Origin: a virus
Virus record (IMG/VR): IMGVR_UViG_3300045988_118171
Strand: one strand, 5' to 3'
Length of the DNA: 47,752 bases
The position numbers were made by a program, and so were the translations under genes. Position 1 is the first letter of the stretch. The number at the start of each line of letters is the position of its first letter. Positions 32,857 to 42,452 of this stretch are shown here, one piece after another. The notes beneath the pieces are model-generated. The model searched no databases, was not told the DNA's origin, and saw only the letters and a program-made list of their open reading frames with translations.

Positions 32857-33291
32857 ATGATTAAGATCGTCTGTGGTGTATATGGCCACTACATCGACGG
32901 CAGAGTCGTTGCCAAGAACAGCGATTCCGAGCCGTTCTCTCTGACTCCCCGACAGGAGGCGGAGCTTGTGGCAAAGGGCGTCGCAGCGTTCGTGGACGAG
33001 GTGACAGAGGTCTCCCATGCGGGGGCCTCTGCACCTATCGGCTTCGACGAAAGCCCTGAGCCTGACATCGAGATCCCTGAGTACAGCGTTGACTCCAAGG
33101 CCGACGAGCTGCGGGAGATCGGGAAAGCCTACGGCCTGCACTTCAAGGTTGGCATGACCAAGGCTGACATGGTTTCTGCCTTGGACGCCTTTTTTGCGGA
33201 GAAGATCGACGAGGACGACGCCGATGCCGACGAGGCAGAGGACGACGACCTGGGCCTGCCTGACTTTGACCCCACCGAGGCGGTGGAGTGA
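32857..33291 (+). CDS. Hypothetical head-associated protein with an acidic C-terminus
   Basis: ORF track; position after the capsid gene. Confidence 0.5.
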   Translation: MIKIVCGVYGHYIDGRVVAKNSDSEPFSLTPRQEAELVAKGVAAFVDEVTEVSHAGASAPIGFDESPEPDIEIPEYSVDSKADELREIGKAYGLHFKVGMTKADMVSALDAFFAEKIDEDDADADEAEDDDLGLPDFDPTEAVE

Positions 33292-33605
33292 TGGGCTTCA
33301 AAGATTCTGTTTCCGCTGACAGAGGTATCTTTCTCGACCTTGAATTTTTCGGCGAGACCGCAACCGTAGAGGGTAAAGAGATCCCCATTGTCATTGACAA
33401 CGACCAGTTGAAAACCCGTCAGGGAAGCCAGGAGCTTGCCATTGCAGAGAGTGCCACGCAGTTTTATGCGCGGACCGAGGACCTGCCCCGGAACCTGGCC
33501 CCAGGCAGCAACCTGAATATCAACGGGCGGGAGTGCCTGGTCGATGATTACAGCGAGGCGATGGGCGTCTCCACGGTTGTCCTGAGAGAAACCATCGTCG
33601 TGTAA
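33291..33605 (+). CDS. Putative head-tail connector / head-closure protein (call by position)
   Basis: TGATG overlap with the upstream gene. Position is analogous to lambda FII. Confidence 0.45.
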   Translation: MGFKDSVSADRGIFLDLEFFGETATVEGKEIPIVIDNDQLKTRQGSQELAIAESATQFYARTEDLPRNLAPGSNLNINGRECLVDDYSEAMGVSTVVLRETIVV

Positions 33606-33619
33606 GGGAGGCGAGCAGA

Positions 33620-34240
33620 ATGTCCGTTGTGAATATCTTGGATAGCGTCACGGATTGGGTCCGGGAGAACATCTGCACTCAAATCAAGCTCAAAGCGCCG
33701 CCAGAGAATGATACCGACCCGACCGACTCCGGGTATGAGTACAAGCTTGTCACCCCTGCGGCTTTTCCGCTGTTCGTCCCGGCGAAGGACAAGGCCCCGC
33801 CTGGTATCCTGTCCCCGATACCGTCCGTTTGCGTCCGGTTCCTGGAGGGGGCCGAAAGCCCGGCAGGCAGCAAGGGCAGTATCGGGATGCAGCTTTGTTT
33901 TTCGGTCTGGGACCCTGGCGTACATGGGGCGGATATGCTGCTTCCTGGCGAGGAAGGTAAAGCGCAGCGGTGGACAGGGCCGGAGGCAGACGCCTATTTC
34001 CAGCGCAGTGCTGGGGGCTGGCGGGATGCCTGGAACTTCGTTGACATTGCTCTTCGGGCACTTGGCAGCACGACGAACGTCGGCGGCTATGCTATCGACC
34101 GCAGCGTCCCAATGAAGTTCGGTCCCTTGACCGAGGAAGGAGCTATTATCGACGCCTATCCGCTGTGGTTTGCCTGGTGCTCTTTTTCCGTCAACTACGA
34201 TTTGCGCCGGAACATGGCGGATATTTCAAAATTCCTGTAA
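33620..34240 (+). CDS. Putative tail-completion / neck protein (call by position)
   Basis: ORF track; strong RBS; immediately upstream of the sheath gene. Confidence 0.45.
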   Translation: MSVVNILDSVTDWVRENICTQIKLKAPPENDTDPTDSGYEYKLVTPAAFPLFVPAKDKAPPGILSPIPSVCVRFLEGAESPAGSKGSIGMQLCFSVWDPGVHGADMLLPGEEGKAQRWTGPEADAYFQRSAGGWRDAWNFVDIALRALGSTTNVGGYAIDRSVPMKFGPLTEEGAIIDAYPLWFAWCSFSVNYDLRRNMADISKFL

Positions 34241-34252
34241 GGAGGAAAACCA

Positions 34253-35728
34253 ATGGCAGTATACAAACACGGTACCTACGGCGAGTTTTCGGCAAGCATT
34301 GGGAAGCCTGCGTCTTCCGCTGGCACTGTCGCCGTCTACGTTGGTACCGCCCCGGTAAACCTTGTCCGGGGCTATGCGACCGCCGGTGTCGTAAATGAAC
34401 CGGTATATCTGTCCAGCCTGTCCGCAGTAAAGCGGCTGATGGGCTACGCGGCAGACTGGGCGAAGTTCACGCTTTGCGAAGCCTTTGCCCTGCACTTCGA
34501 CAGCGAAGAGAACGTCGGCCCCATCGTGGCTATCAATGTTCTCAACCCTGCCACCCACAAGAAGAGTGCTGAGACCACGAAGCAGCTCACCTTTGCCAAT
34601 GGGCGGGCTACCATCGACAGCACCACCATCATTCTGGATACCCTGGTATTGGCTGAGAAGGTCGAGGGCGTGGATTTCTCCATCGACTACGACTTCACCA
34701 AGGGCCAGGTCATTATCGAGAGTCTGGGCAATACTGAGATCACCGGCTCTGTCAGCTGTACTTTCAGCGAGATCGACACTACCAACATCGACAAGGACGC
34801 TATTGTCGGCGGCGTGACTGCCGCAGGCGTGTACACCGGCCTGGGCTGTGTGTCCCTGGTGTACCAGGACCTCAACATCATCCCCAACCTGATTGCCGCC
34901 CCTGGCTGGAGCGACAAGAAGGACGTTTACTCCGCCATGGTCAAGGCAGCGACCAAAATCAATGGGCACTGGGATGCTATGGCCGTCGCAGACATTCCCC
35001 TGGTGGATTCCAGCACCGCCGTTGATACCATCGAAAAGGCGAATACCTGGAAGGACACTAACGGCTACACCAGTGAACGGGCAAAGGTATGCTGGCCCCA
35101 GGGCAAGGACAGCTCTGGCCGCATTATCCACGCCTCTACCCTGTGGGCATGGCGGCAGATGCTCGTCGATGCTGAACACGACGGGGTGCCTATGGAGTCC
35201 GCCTCCAACAAGGCTGTCCCCGTTGTCAAGCAGTATTTCGGCGCGGCGGCCACGAATCGCGGCTTTGACCAGCAGCGGGCCAACGACCTGAACCAAAATG
35301 GTATCTCTACCATCGTATTTTTCGGCGGCCAGTGGGTACTCTGGGGTCCCCATACTGCGGCGTTCAAGCACGGCGCGATTACTGACAATCGCGTGATCTT
35401 CGACGTGTCCATCCGCATGATGATGCACCAGTCCAATTCGTTCCAGCAGGACTGGGCGCTGACCATCGACAGCCCTATGACTCGCGCCATGGCTGACACC
35501 ATCAAGAACCAAGAGCAGGAGAAAGCCGACGCCCTGGCCTCTATGGGCGCTCTGATCGGGACTCCTGTCGTCCGGTTCGACGAGGACGACAACTCCACTG
35601 ACGAGCTGGTCCAGGGCAATTTTGTCTGGAGCTACGAGTCTACCCCGACGCCGCCCTTCAAGTCCGGCACCATGAAGGTAGCCTATTCGTCCGAGGGATT
35701 CAGCAGCTTTATCGGAGAGGAGGGTTAA
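34253..35728 (+). CDS. Contractile tail sheath protein
   Basis: 491 aa. N-terminal AVYKHGTY.E......P..SAGT.AVYVGTAP pattern typical of sheath proteins. Confidence 0.85.
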   Translation: MAVYKHGTYGEFSASIGKPASSAGTVAVYVGTAPVNLVRGYATAGVVNEPVYLSSLSAVKRLMGYAADWAKFTLCEAFALHFDSEENVGPIVAINVLNPATHKKSAETTKQLTFANGRATIDSTTIILDTLVLAEKVEGVDFSIDYDFTKGQVIIESLGNTEITGSVSCTFSEIDTTNIDKDAIVGGVTAAGVYTGLGCVSLVYQDLNIIPNLIAAPGWSDKKDVYSAMVKAATKINGHWDAMAVADIPLVDSSTAVDTIEKANTWKDTNGYTSERAKVCWPQGKDSSGRIIHASTLWAWRQMLVDAEHDGVPMESASNKAVPVVKQYFGAAATNRGFDQQRANDLNQNGISTIVFFGGQWVLWGPHTAAFKHGAITDNRVIFDVSIRMMMHQSNSFQQDWALTIDSPMTRAMADTIKNQEQEKADALASMGALIGTPVVRFDEDDNSTDELVQGNFVWSYESTPTPPFKSGTMKVAYSSEGFSSFIGEEG

Positions 35729-35731
35729 ACA

Positions 35732-36238
35732 ATGGCATTCGTAAATGTTACCGGCCCCGTAGTGGCCGAAACTGTCTACGCGAACAACAAGCTCGTCGCA
35801 AAAGACGTCGAGCTGACCCTGCCCGCAGTAACGCCCACCACCGCAGATGTGCAGGCCATGGGCACCATGAGCGTCCCCATTCCCCAGTTGTTGGAGAATA
35901 TGGAGCTTTCCATTACCAAGATCGGCACCGACCTGGGCCTGTCCTCTATGCTGTCCTTCGATGCTTTCCCCATCGAGGTCCGCTGGGTGCAGAGTGTGAC
36001 CGACGCCAACGGCAAAGTGTCCCACATCGGCTGCAAGGCGTTCCTGCGGTGTATGTCCACCGTGCTGCCAGAGGTGGGGCTTGCCCCCGGTGAGGCCAGC
36101 GAGAACGAGCTGACTTACACCGTGACCAGATACCAGCTTGTGCAGGACGGCAAGGAGGCATGGCTGATCGACCGGCTGGCCGGTATCTGCCGAGTATATG
36201 GCAAAGACTACATGGGCAATATCAGCTCCATGCTCTAA
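35732..36238 (+). CDS. Tail tube protein
   Basis: 168 aa directly after the sheath gene. ELTLP.V...T......G.....P pattern. Confidence 0.8.
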   Translation: MAFVNVTGPVVAETVYANNKLVAKDVELTLPAVTPTTADVQAMGTMSVPIPQLLENMELSITKIGTDLGLSSMLSFDAFPIEVRWVQSVTDANGKVSHIGCKAFLRCMSTVLPEVGLAPGEASENELTYTVTRYQLVQDGKEAWLIDRLAGICRVYGKDYMGNISSML

Positions 36239-36243
36239 GTAAG

Positions 36244-36279
36244 AAAGCCCTGCCGATGGAAACACCGGCGGGGCTTTCT
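36244..36279 (+). terminator. Strong hairpin after the tube gene (no clear U-tract; partial terminator or stabiliser)
   Basis: GAAAGCCC-T-GCCG ... CGGC-G-GGGCTTTC. Confidence 0.4.
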
Positions 36280-36309
36280 ACATACCGACGAAAGGATGGA
36301 ACCGAACCA

Positions 36310-36714
36310 ATGAATGGAACATTTAAGCTGCATAACCCTATTGCTATCAACGGCAAGAGCCATGAGTCCCTTGCCTACGACACCAACGAGATCACCGCTC
36401 TGCTGTTCACCGAGGCTGAGGCCAAGCGGAAAGCTGCCGCAGGGCTGAAAAATGTGACCATCACCCCGGCGGTGGAGTTCGACTTCGGCCTGCATCTGTA
36501 TCTTGGCTTTGCAAGCATCATTGCCAAGACGCCTGAGTGCGATTTTACCGACCTGGAGCGTCTTCACGGCACCGACCTCATTGACATCATGGCGGTGGGC
36601 CGAAATTTTTTGCTGAAATCGGAGGATGCAACGCCAAGCAACTCCGACGAGCCATCCGGGACTACTCCCAAGCCTACCACACCCCAGTCACAGACCTTGA
36701 GCGAAAGCGAGTGA
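36310..36714 (+). CDS. Tail assembly chaperone, short (0-frame) form
   Basis: Start moved to ATG 36310. Position between the tube and tape-measure genes. Confidence 0.7.
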   Translation: MNGTFKLHNPIAINGKSHESLAYDTNEITALLFTEAEAKRKAAAGLKNVTITPAVEFDFGLHLYLGFASIIAKTPECDFTDLERLHGTDLIDIMAVGRNFLLKSEDATPSNSDEPSGTTPKPTTPQSQTLSESE

Positions 36715-36818
36715 CTGACTTCATCGCCGAGTACATCGAGGCGGTAGAGGACGAAAAGGAGCGGAAGAAGCGGATGCCAAAAGTAAAACCGGCAAAGAAA
36801 CCGCATAGAAGAAGGTGA
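36310..36818 (+). CDS. Tail assembly chaperone, long -1 frameshift form (G-T-like)
   Basis: See the slippery site at 36603. Ends 5 nt before the tape-measure start. Confidence 0.55.
36603..36609 (+). promoter_or_regulatory. Programmed -1 ribosomal frameshift heptamer A_AAT_TTT
   Basis: 0-frame codons are cgA AAT TTT. The -1 frame stays open to TGA 36816-36818 and reads ...QLRRAIRDYSQAYHTPVTDLERKRVTDFIAEYIEAVEDEKERKK. Confidence 0.6.
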
Positions 36819-36822
36819 TCCC

Positions 36823-38958
36823 GTGTCAAAAGAGCTTGAAGCTACAATACGAATAAGCGGCAATATTGACGCGAGACTGAGAAGCGCCATCGAGTCGGCT
36901 GTCAAACGGCTGGACCAGCTGGACGCTGCGGCAAAGGAATCCGGTGGCGCTATTGGTGAACTTGCGGATAAGATCAAGGACCAAAGCTCAGAGCTAAAGG
37001 CGGCTCAGAAACAATATGCGTCCTATGTTCTGGCCGGAGAAGAGGGGTCAGACCAGGCCCGCGAACTGGCTGACAAGATCAAGGAGTTGTCCAGTGATCT
37101 AAACCGGAACAAAAGCTCGTTGGAAGCGGCTGAACGGGCTGCCCGCGACCTTGCGGACGGATTTAACGACGCCGACGACTCGACCGGAGACCTTGACGAC
37201 AATCTGGACGACGTTGACGATGCTGCCCGAAACTCAAAAGAGGGCTTTACTGTCCTCAAGGGTGCAATGGCGAACCTGGTTTCAGCCGGGTTTCAAAAGC
37301 TGATCGGCGCGGCTGTCGATGCTGGGAAAGCCTTACTCGACCTGTCCGAGCAGACCAGGGAGTTCCGGCAGGATATGTCCACGCTCGAAACCGCCTATGA
37401 TCGAGCTGGATTCTCCACGGAGGCAGCAACGAACACATGGCGAGAGCTGTATGCCGTCTTCGGCGAGGACGACCGAGCAGTCGAGGCCGCGAACAACATC
37501 TCCCGAATGTCCAAGTCGCAGGAAGACCTGGATAAATGGGTGAGGATCACAACCGGCGTCTGGGGAACCTATCAAGACGCCCTTCCGGTCGAATCCCTCG
37601 CGGAGGCGGCGGGCGAGTCGGCCAAGACGGGCACCGTGACCTCGGCTCTCGCCGATGCATTGAATTGGTCAAGTGAGGCGGCGTCTATGTTCTCGAAGTA
37701 TATGTCTGAGGATGTAACGACCGCCGAGGACGCTTTCAACGTGGCCCTATCAAAATGCTCCAACGAGCAAGAACGACAGGCCCTTATAACTGAAACCATG
37801 ACCGCATTGTATGGTGATGCAGCCACCAAGTACGAGGAGAGCGCTGGAAGCCTGATGAACGCGAACAGGGCGGCAGCAGACGCTCAGCTTGCTCAGGCGC
37901 AGCTTGGCGCGGCGATTGAACCTGTGACAACGGCGTGGACGAACTTGAAGACGCAGCTGCTCAATGCTGTTGCCCCTGCTATCCAAGCAGTGAGCGAGAA
38001 GTTACAGCAGGCGATCCAGTGGATGCAAGAACATCCTGCCGTGGTGCAGGCGCTTGTTGCCGCGCTGGCTGTCCTGGCTGCTGGAATTACGGCAATCACC
38101 ATCGCTGTTGCAATCTATACCGGCATCCAGATGCTTGCCAATGCGGCGCTGCTGCCGGTCATCGGCATAGCGCTTGCGATTGTGGCGGTCATTGCCGTTG
38201 TCATCGCCATTGTGGTAGCCCTATACACTCATTGGGACACCGTAAAGCAGAAAGCAATGGAGGTTTGGCAGGCGGTTCAAAACGCCTGGAGCAGAATCGC
38301 CACGGCAGTTACCAACGCGATTCAAACTGTCGCCAACGCTATCCGCACTGGATGGAGCAACCTCGTCGGAGTTGTGCGGGGTATCTGGAACAACATTCTG
38401 AACGCGATAGTAAGCGTCTGGAACAGCATAAAAGCGAAAGCAAGCGCGTTCGTCAATGGTGTCAAGTCCACCATCTCCAGAGGTTGGTCCGCGCTGACGA
38501 GTATCCTGACTGCACCGTTCAGGGCGTTGATGAATTTCATCGGTGGCGTACAGAGCAAAATCAGCGGCTTGTTTGGAAAGATTGGCAGCCTGAAAGACAA
38601 AATATCCGGTATCAAACTTCCAAAGTTTGCGTCTGGTGGCTTTACCAGCGGCCCGTCTATCGCCGGTGAGGCTGGCACAGAGGCGGTCATTTCTTTTAAC
38701 AAGAAATACCGTGCCCAAAACTTAGCGTACTGGGCAAAGGCAGGTGAAATGCTCGGTGTTGACGATGCTTTCTCCCTGACCGGCGGAGCCTCTGGGACCT
38801 ATGTTGACCTGGGCGGCGTAAATTTCGCCCCAAACATCGTGGTACAAGGGAACGCGAAGAAAGACGACATCGTGGCAGCTATCCGGGAGTCTTACCCTGA
38901 GTTCATGGATATGCTGGACGAGCTGATAAGCGAGAGGGAGGAAACAGTCTATGCCTGA
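36823..38958 (+). CDS. Tail tape measure protein
   Basis: 711 aa, coiled-coil N-terminal half, hydrophobic central block (AVVQALVAALAVLAAGITAITIAVAIY...). Confidence 0.85.
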   Translation: MSKELEATIRISGNIDARLRSAIESAVKRLDQLDAAAKESGGAIGELADKIKDQSSELKAAQKQYASYVLAGEEGSDQARELADKIKELSSDLNRNKSSLEAAERAARDLADGFNDADDSTGDLDDNLDDVDDAARNSKEGFTVLKGAMANLVSAGFQKLIGAAVDAGKALLDLSEQTREFRQDMSTLETAYDRAGFSTEAATNTWRELYAVFGEDDRAVEAANNISRMSKSQEDLDKWVRITTGVWGTYQDALPVESLAEAAGESAKTGTVTSALADALNWSSEAASMFSKYMSEDVTTAEDAFNVALSKCSNEQERQALITETMTALYGDAATKYEESAGSLMNANRAAADAQLAQAQLGAAIEPVTTAWTNLKTQLLNAVAPAIQAVSEKLQQAIQWMQEHPAVVQALVAALAVLAAGITAITIAVAIYTGIQMLANAALLPVIGIALAIVAVIAVVIAIVVALYTHWDTVKQKAMEVWQAVQNAWSRIATAVTNAIQTVANAIRTGWSNLVGVVRGIWNNILNAIVSVWNSIKAKASAFVNGVKSTISRGWSALTSILTAPFRALMNFIGGVQSKISGLFGKIGSLKDKISGIKLPKFASGGFTSGPSIAGEAGTEAVISFNKKYRAQNLAYWAKAGEMLGVDDAFSLTGGASGTYVDLGGVNFAPNIVVQGNAKKDDIVAAIRESYPEFMDMLDELISEREETVYA

Positions 38959-39178
38959 GATCATTGACTATCGGGAGCATAAGACTGTCGAGGGAGATAC
39001 CTTCGACGGCCTTGCGCTCTGGTATTACAACGACGAGCAGCTGGCCTCTCGCATTATTTCTGCCAACCTGGATTACTGCGACGTGCTGATCTTCGAGGCA
39101 GGCGTCACCCTGCGTATCCCCATTATGGATACTGTGGACACGCCGGAGACCTTGCCGCCCTGGAGGCGAAACGCATGA
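38951..39178 (+). CDS. LysM-like tail protein (P2 gpX / XkdP-like)
   Basis: HKTVEGDTFDGLALWYY pattern; 75 aa after the tape-measure gene. Confidence 0.65.
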   Translation: MPEIIDYREHKTVEGDTFDGLALWYYNDEQLASRIISANLDYCDVLIFEAGVTLRIPIMDTVDTPETLPPWRRNA

Positions 39179-40098
39179 TAAAAGTCACCTACAAAGGGGT
39201 AGATGTAACGTCTGACATCTCCATCAACCGCTGTATTCACGATATGTACGCGGCTGGGCAGGCTGATACCCTGGACATTCGATTCAACGACGCGGCGAAG
39301 CTCTGGGACGGCTGGGCACCGGCGGTGGGTGACGAGATCCGTATTGACTATGGCCCTGCATCTACCGGGGCGATGTTTGTTCGGTCCTGCATTGCAGAAA
39401 ATGGCCTATACACCATCAAGGCTATGGCCGCGCCGCCGTCGGCGATGGAAGTCACCAACAAGGCGTGGTCCCAAGTTCGCCTGTTACAAATCGGGCAGGA
39501 GATCGCGGGCCGCCACGGCCTGTCTTTCCAGTCCTACAACGTGACGGACCAGCTTTTTCCGTACCTGTTGCAGACGAAAAGTGATTTTGCTTTCCTGCAC
39601 CGCGTAGCAGTTCAGGAGGGCTGCGGCTTTCTGGTATACGACAAGGCCCTGGTCCTTTATGGCGCGGCGGCCATGGAGGCCGTGGCCCCGGTTGAGAGCC
39701 TGGAGCTACCCCTTGACGGTGATTATCATTACAACGACGCACGGGCCAAACTGTACGGGTCCTGTATCGTGGAATCTGGCGACTACTCCGGCAAATTCGA
39801 CGCTGGGAATGGAGTAAGCCGCATCCTGCGCCCTGTCTGTGGTGATATGACCATAGGCTCCAACGCAGAGGCGGAACGCTATGCCAAGAACTTGCTGAGA
39901 GACGCCAACAAAGACGGGCGGACCGGCTACATCCGCACCGCTGGGGTTGCTGCTGGCTATGCTGCTGCATCCACCGCGAAGCTCGTCAACCAACGGGCAC
40001 CGTCCTGGGACGGCCCTGTATTCCTCTACCACGTCCGGCACGACTACGGCGTAGGAGAGAGTAAACTATTTTTCAGAAAGCCATTGGAGGGATACTGA
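39175..40098 (+). CDS. Baseplate hub / late control gpD-like protein (XkdQ-like)
   Basis: 307 aa. SDFAFLHRVA.Q.G pattern and position. Confidence 0.7.
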   Translation: MIKVTYKGVDVTSDISINRCIHDMYAAGQADTLDIRFNDAAKLWDGWAPAVGDEIRIDYGPASTGAMFVRSCIAENGLYTIKAMAAPPSAMEVTNKAWSQVRLLQIGQEIAGRHGLSFQSYNVTDQLFPYLLQTKSDFAFLHRVAVQEGCGFLVYDKALVLYGAAAMEAVAPVESLELPLDGDYHYNDARAKLYGSCIVESGDYSGKFDAGNGVSRILRPVCGDMTIGSNAEAERYAKNLLRDANKDGRTGYIRTAGVAAGYAAASTAKLVNQRAPSWDGPVFLYHVRHDYGVGESKLFFRKPLEGY

Positions 40099-40100
40099 CC

Positions 40101-40469
40101 ATGATCGACAAAGGCTATATTTCGTCCATCCTGGATGAAGGGAAAAAGGTCACGGTTATCCCAGCCACATCCGGCGACGTTGTGACGCAGCCGTTGATCG
40201 TCCCTTTTTTTCTGCTGGGGACCATGAAACCCCGGAAAGAAGTCGTGTTTTGCTCGTTTCCGGACGGCACTGGCCTTGTCCTGGCGGCGCTGGACGGCTC
40301 TTGGAACCATGACCTTGCTGGTAGTGTTACCGTCTCCGGGACACTCTCTGCGGCTGCTGTGGTGGCCTCTGGCGCGGTATCTGGTGGCAGTGTGTCCGCT
40401 GGCGGCGTGTCCCTGAGCAGTCATACACACACAGACTCCCGTGGCGGGGCTACGTCCGGGCCACAGTAA
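40101..40469 (+). CDS. Baseplate central spike protein (gpV / Mu gp45-like)
   Basis: OB-fold-like N-terminus (G.ISSI....KVTV....GDV.T.PL.V) and C-terminal SSHTHTD His motif. Confidence 0.55.
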   Translation: MIDKGYISSILDEGKKVTVIPATSGDVVTQPLIVPFFLLGTMKPRKEVVFCSFPDGTGLVLAALDGSWNHDLAGSVTVSGTLSAAAVVASGAVSGGSVSAGGVSLSSHTHTDSRGGATSGPQ

Positions 40470-40484
40470 GAAGGGGGTTATATC

Positions 40485-40991
40485 ATGGGATACACAGCAC
40501 GATGGGGGCCGAAAGGGTTTATCATTTCCGCCTCAAAGGTCGTGGCCCTGGAAGACTTCAAAACAAGCTATGCGCTCAAGTCTGATACCAACTCAGACAC
40601 TTCCGGGACGCCGCCGACCAACACGCAGGGCCTGGAGCTGCAACCGCTGGAGCTGTCCACGCGGTATCTCCGCGCCCTGGGCACTGATCCCCTGGGTCAG
40701 ATAGCCGAATGGAAAGCCCAGATCGGCAAAACCTGGCCCTTCCTGCTGAATGGCAAGCAGTTCGGGCCGAAATTCACCCTAAAATCTTTTGACGTCTCAG
40801 ACACCATGTTCACCCCGGCGGGGGATATGATCGGCTGCACAATCTCGCTGAAATTCGAGGAATACTCCACTGCGACCACGACCAATGCATCTGCCAGCAA
40901 AAAGACTACTGCATCGACCAAGGCCGGTCAGAAAACGCAGGCCATAACGTCGAAGCCTACCACGTCGTCAAAGTCAACGAAGAAGAAGTAA
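40485..40991 (+). CDS. Hypothetical baseplate/tail protein with a 41-residue Ser/Thr/Lys-rich C-terminal tail
   Basis: ORF track. Tail sequence: STATTTNASASKKTTASTKAGQKTQAITSKPTTSSKSTKKK. Confidence 0.5.
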   Translation: MGYTARWGPKGFIISASKVVALEDFKTSYALKSDTNSDTSGTPPTNTQGLELQPLELSTRYLRALGTDPLGQIAEWKAQIGKTWPFLLNGKQFGPKFTLKSFDVSDTMFTPAGDMIGCTISLKFEEYSTATTTNASASKKTTASTKAGQKTQAITSKPTTSSKSTKKK

Positions 40992-41005
40992 AGGGGGCGG
41001 TAACC

Positions 41006-41275
41006 ATGAAGGGACACGGAAACGGAGACGTTGCCCTGTGTGCGGAGAACCTGCTGAGAATCTTCCGGGGGGAGAATCCCTATGAACGTATCAAAGGCAT
41101 TGACGCCCGCAGCCTGGACAAGCCCGCCCTGGACGCAGAGGCGGAAATTTTGCAGGACGCTGAGTTCTGCATTGAGAACTACGAGCCACGGGCACAGATT
41201 GACAGCCTGGACGTTTACGAGCTGGACCGTGAGCGTGGAGACTTCCGGGTCGTCGCTGCCGTGACTGAAATCTGA
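41006..41275 (+). CDS. Baseplate wedge protein (gpW / gp25-like)
   Basis: 89 aa. LLRIFRGENPYER...I.NYEPRAQIDSLDV pattern. Confidence 0.55.
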   Translation: MKGHGNGDVALCAENLLRIFRGENPYERIKGIDARSLDKPALDAEAEILQDAEFCIENYEPRAQIDSLDVYELDRERGDFRVVAAVTEI

Positions 41276-41293
41276 CAGAAGGGAGTGACGCGC

Positions 41294-42439
41294 ATGGCGA
41301 CAGACTATAATTTCGTGGAGACCGACAGCGCAAAGCTCTACACTGCTATTGTGGGGAACCTGATGGACTACTGCGACGAGCCTCTGTACCCCGGCGACGA
41401 GCGCCGGATCTTCGGCGAGGCCCTGGTTGCTGTCCTGGTATCCCTATACAACGAGTTCAACGACAAAATGAAGCAGCGGACGTTGCAGAACGCCCGTGGC
41501 TACGTCTTGGATGCTATCGGGGACATGTTCTACCGAGTGGAACGTGCCGCCCCTGCGCAGGCCCATGCGACATTCCGGTTTGCCGTGGATGCTGCCTTGC
41601 AGGAAAATGTTATCATCCCGGCTGGTACCAGGATCACGACCGACGGCAGCGTCTACTTTGCCACGCAGGAAACTGCCGTCTTGCAGGCCGGGGAAACCTA
41701 CGTCGATCTTCTGGGCGTCTGCACGGAGGGCGGCAGTAATTACAACGGCTTTACTCCCGGAACCATCGGGACGCTGGTTGACCTGATCCCCTATATTGCA
41801 TCGGCCAAAAACACCACGATTTCGACTGGTGGAGATGATGGGGAGCCGTACACCGAGGAGGGCGACAACAGATTCCGGGAGCGTATCAGCCTGTCCTATG
41901 CCAAGCTGTCCACGGCGGGGCCGGAGAGTGCTTACAGGTATTTTGCGCTGTCTGCTGATCCTGACATTATCGACGTGTCCATTGACGTGCCCAGCGCCAA
42001 CGTCGTGGACATTTATGCCTTGATGAAGGGCGGCGAGTTGCCCGACGAGGAAACCCTGGAAAAGATCGAGGCGGCTGTCTCCCAGGACGACGTGCGGCCT
42101 ATGACTGACACCGTAACGGCAAAGGTCCCTGAGACTGTCGATTACACGGTGAACATCAAGTATTACGTCACCAAGGACAACGAGGCGTCTACCATCCAGC
42201 TTATTGAAGCTGACGGCGGGGCAATCGACCAGTACAACGAATGGCAGCAGTCCGCCCTTGACCGGGACGTAAACCCCGACAAGCTGCGGGAACTGATTCT
42301 CACATCCCTGGCCGAGTACAAGCTGACCGGCGCTTTCCGCATGGACATTACCGGCCCAGTCTATACCGCTGTCGGCAAGAACGAGGTTGCGAAGCTGTCT
42401 GGGAGCGTGACCGTTACCCACGCCATCATCGTAGGGTGA
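41294..42439 (+). CDS. Baseplate J-like protein
   Basis: Start moved to ATG 41294. Size, position and J-family-like pattern. Confidence 0.8.
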   Translation: MATDYNFVETDSAKLYTAIVGNLMDYCDEPLYPGDERRIFGEALVAVLVSLYNEFNDKMKQRTLQNARGYVLDAIGDMFYRVERAAPAQAHATFRFAVDAALQENVIIPAGTRITTDGSVYFATQETAVLQAGETYVDLLGVCTEGGSNYNGFTPGTIGTLVDLIPYIASAKNTTISTGGDDGEPYTEEGDNRFRERISLSYAKLSTAGPESAYRYFALSADPDIIDVSIDVPSANVVDIYALMKGGELPDEETLEKIEAAVSQDDVRPMTDTVTAKVPETVDYTVNIKYYVTKDNEASTIQLIEADGGAIDQYNEWQQSALDRDVNPDKLRELILTSLAEYKLTGAFRMDITGPVYTAVGKNEVAKLSGSVTVTHAIIVG

Positions 42440-42452
42440 GGGGGGCTGAACT

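Noticed and set aside
34226-36265. 679-aa ORF on the - strand, antisense to the sheath and tube genes.
   Set aside because: This is a shadow ORF typical of GC-rich DNA. The translation is Gly/Arg/Ala/His-rich with no RBS, and the + strand encodes well-recognised sheath and tube proteins. The same reasoning rejects 2368..3240, 3820..4737, 4496..5215, 16094..16786, 27240..27908, 28943..29572, 30648..31766, 31724..32704, 41444..42421 and 43384..44400, all on the - strand.
37935-38669. 244-aa alternative-frame ORF inside the tape-measure gene.
   Set aside because: The translation is Cys/Arg/His-rich and not protein-like, and the tape-measure frame is continuous and typical.
40425-40440. A CACACACA run as another ACACAC operator.
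   Set aside because: It lies inside coding sequence, where it encodes the SHTHTD His motif of the spike protein, and it has no 11-bp repeat partner.
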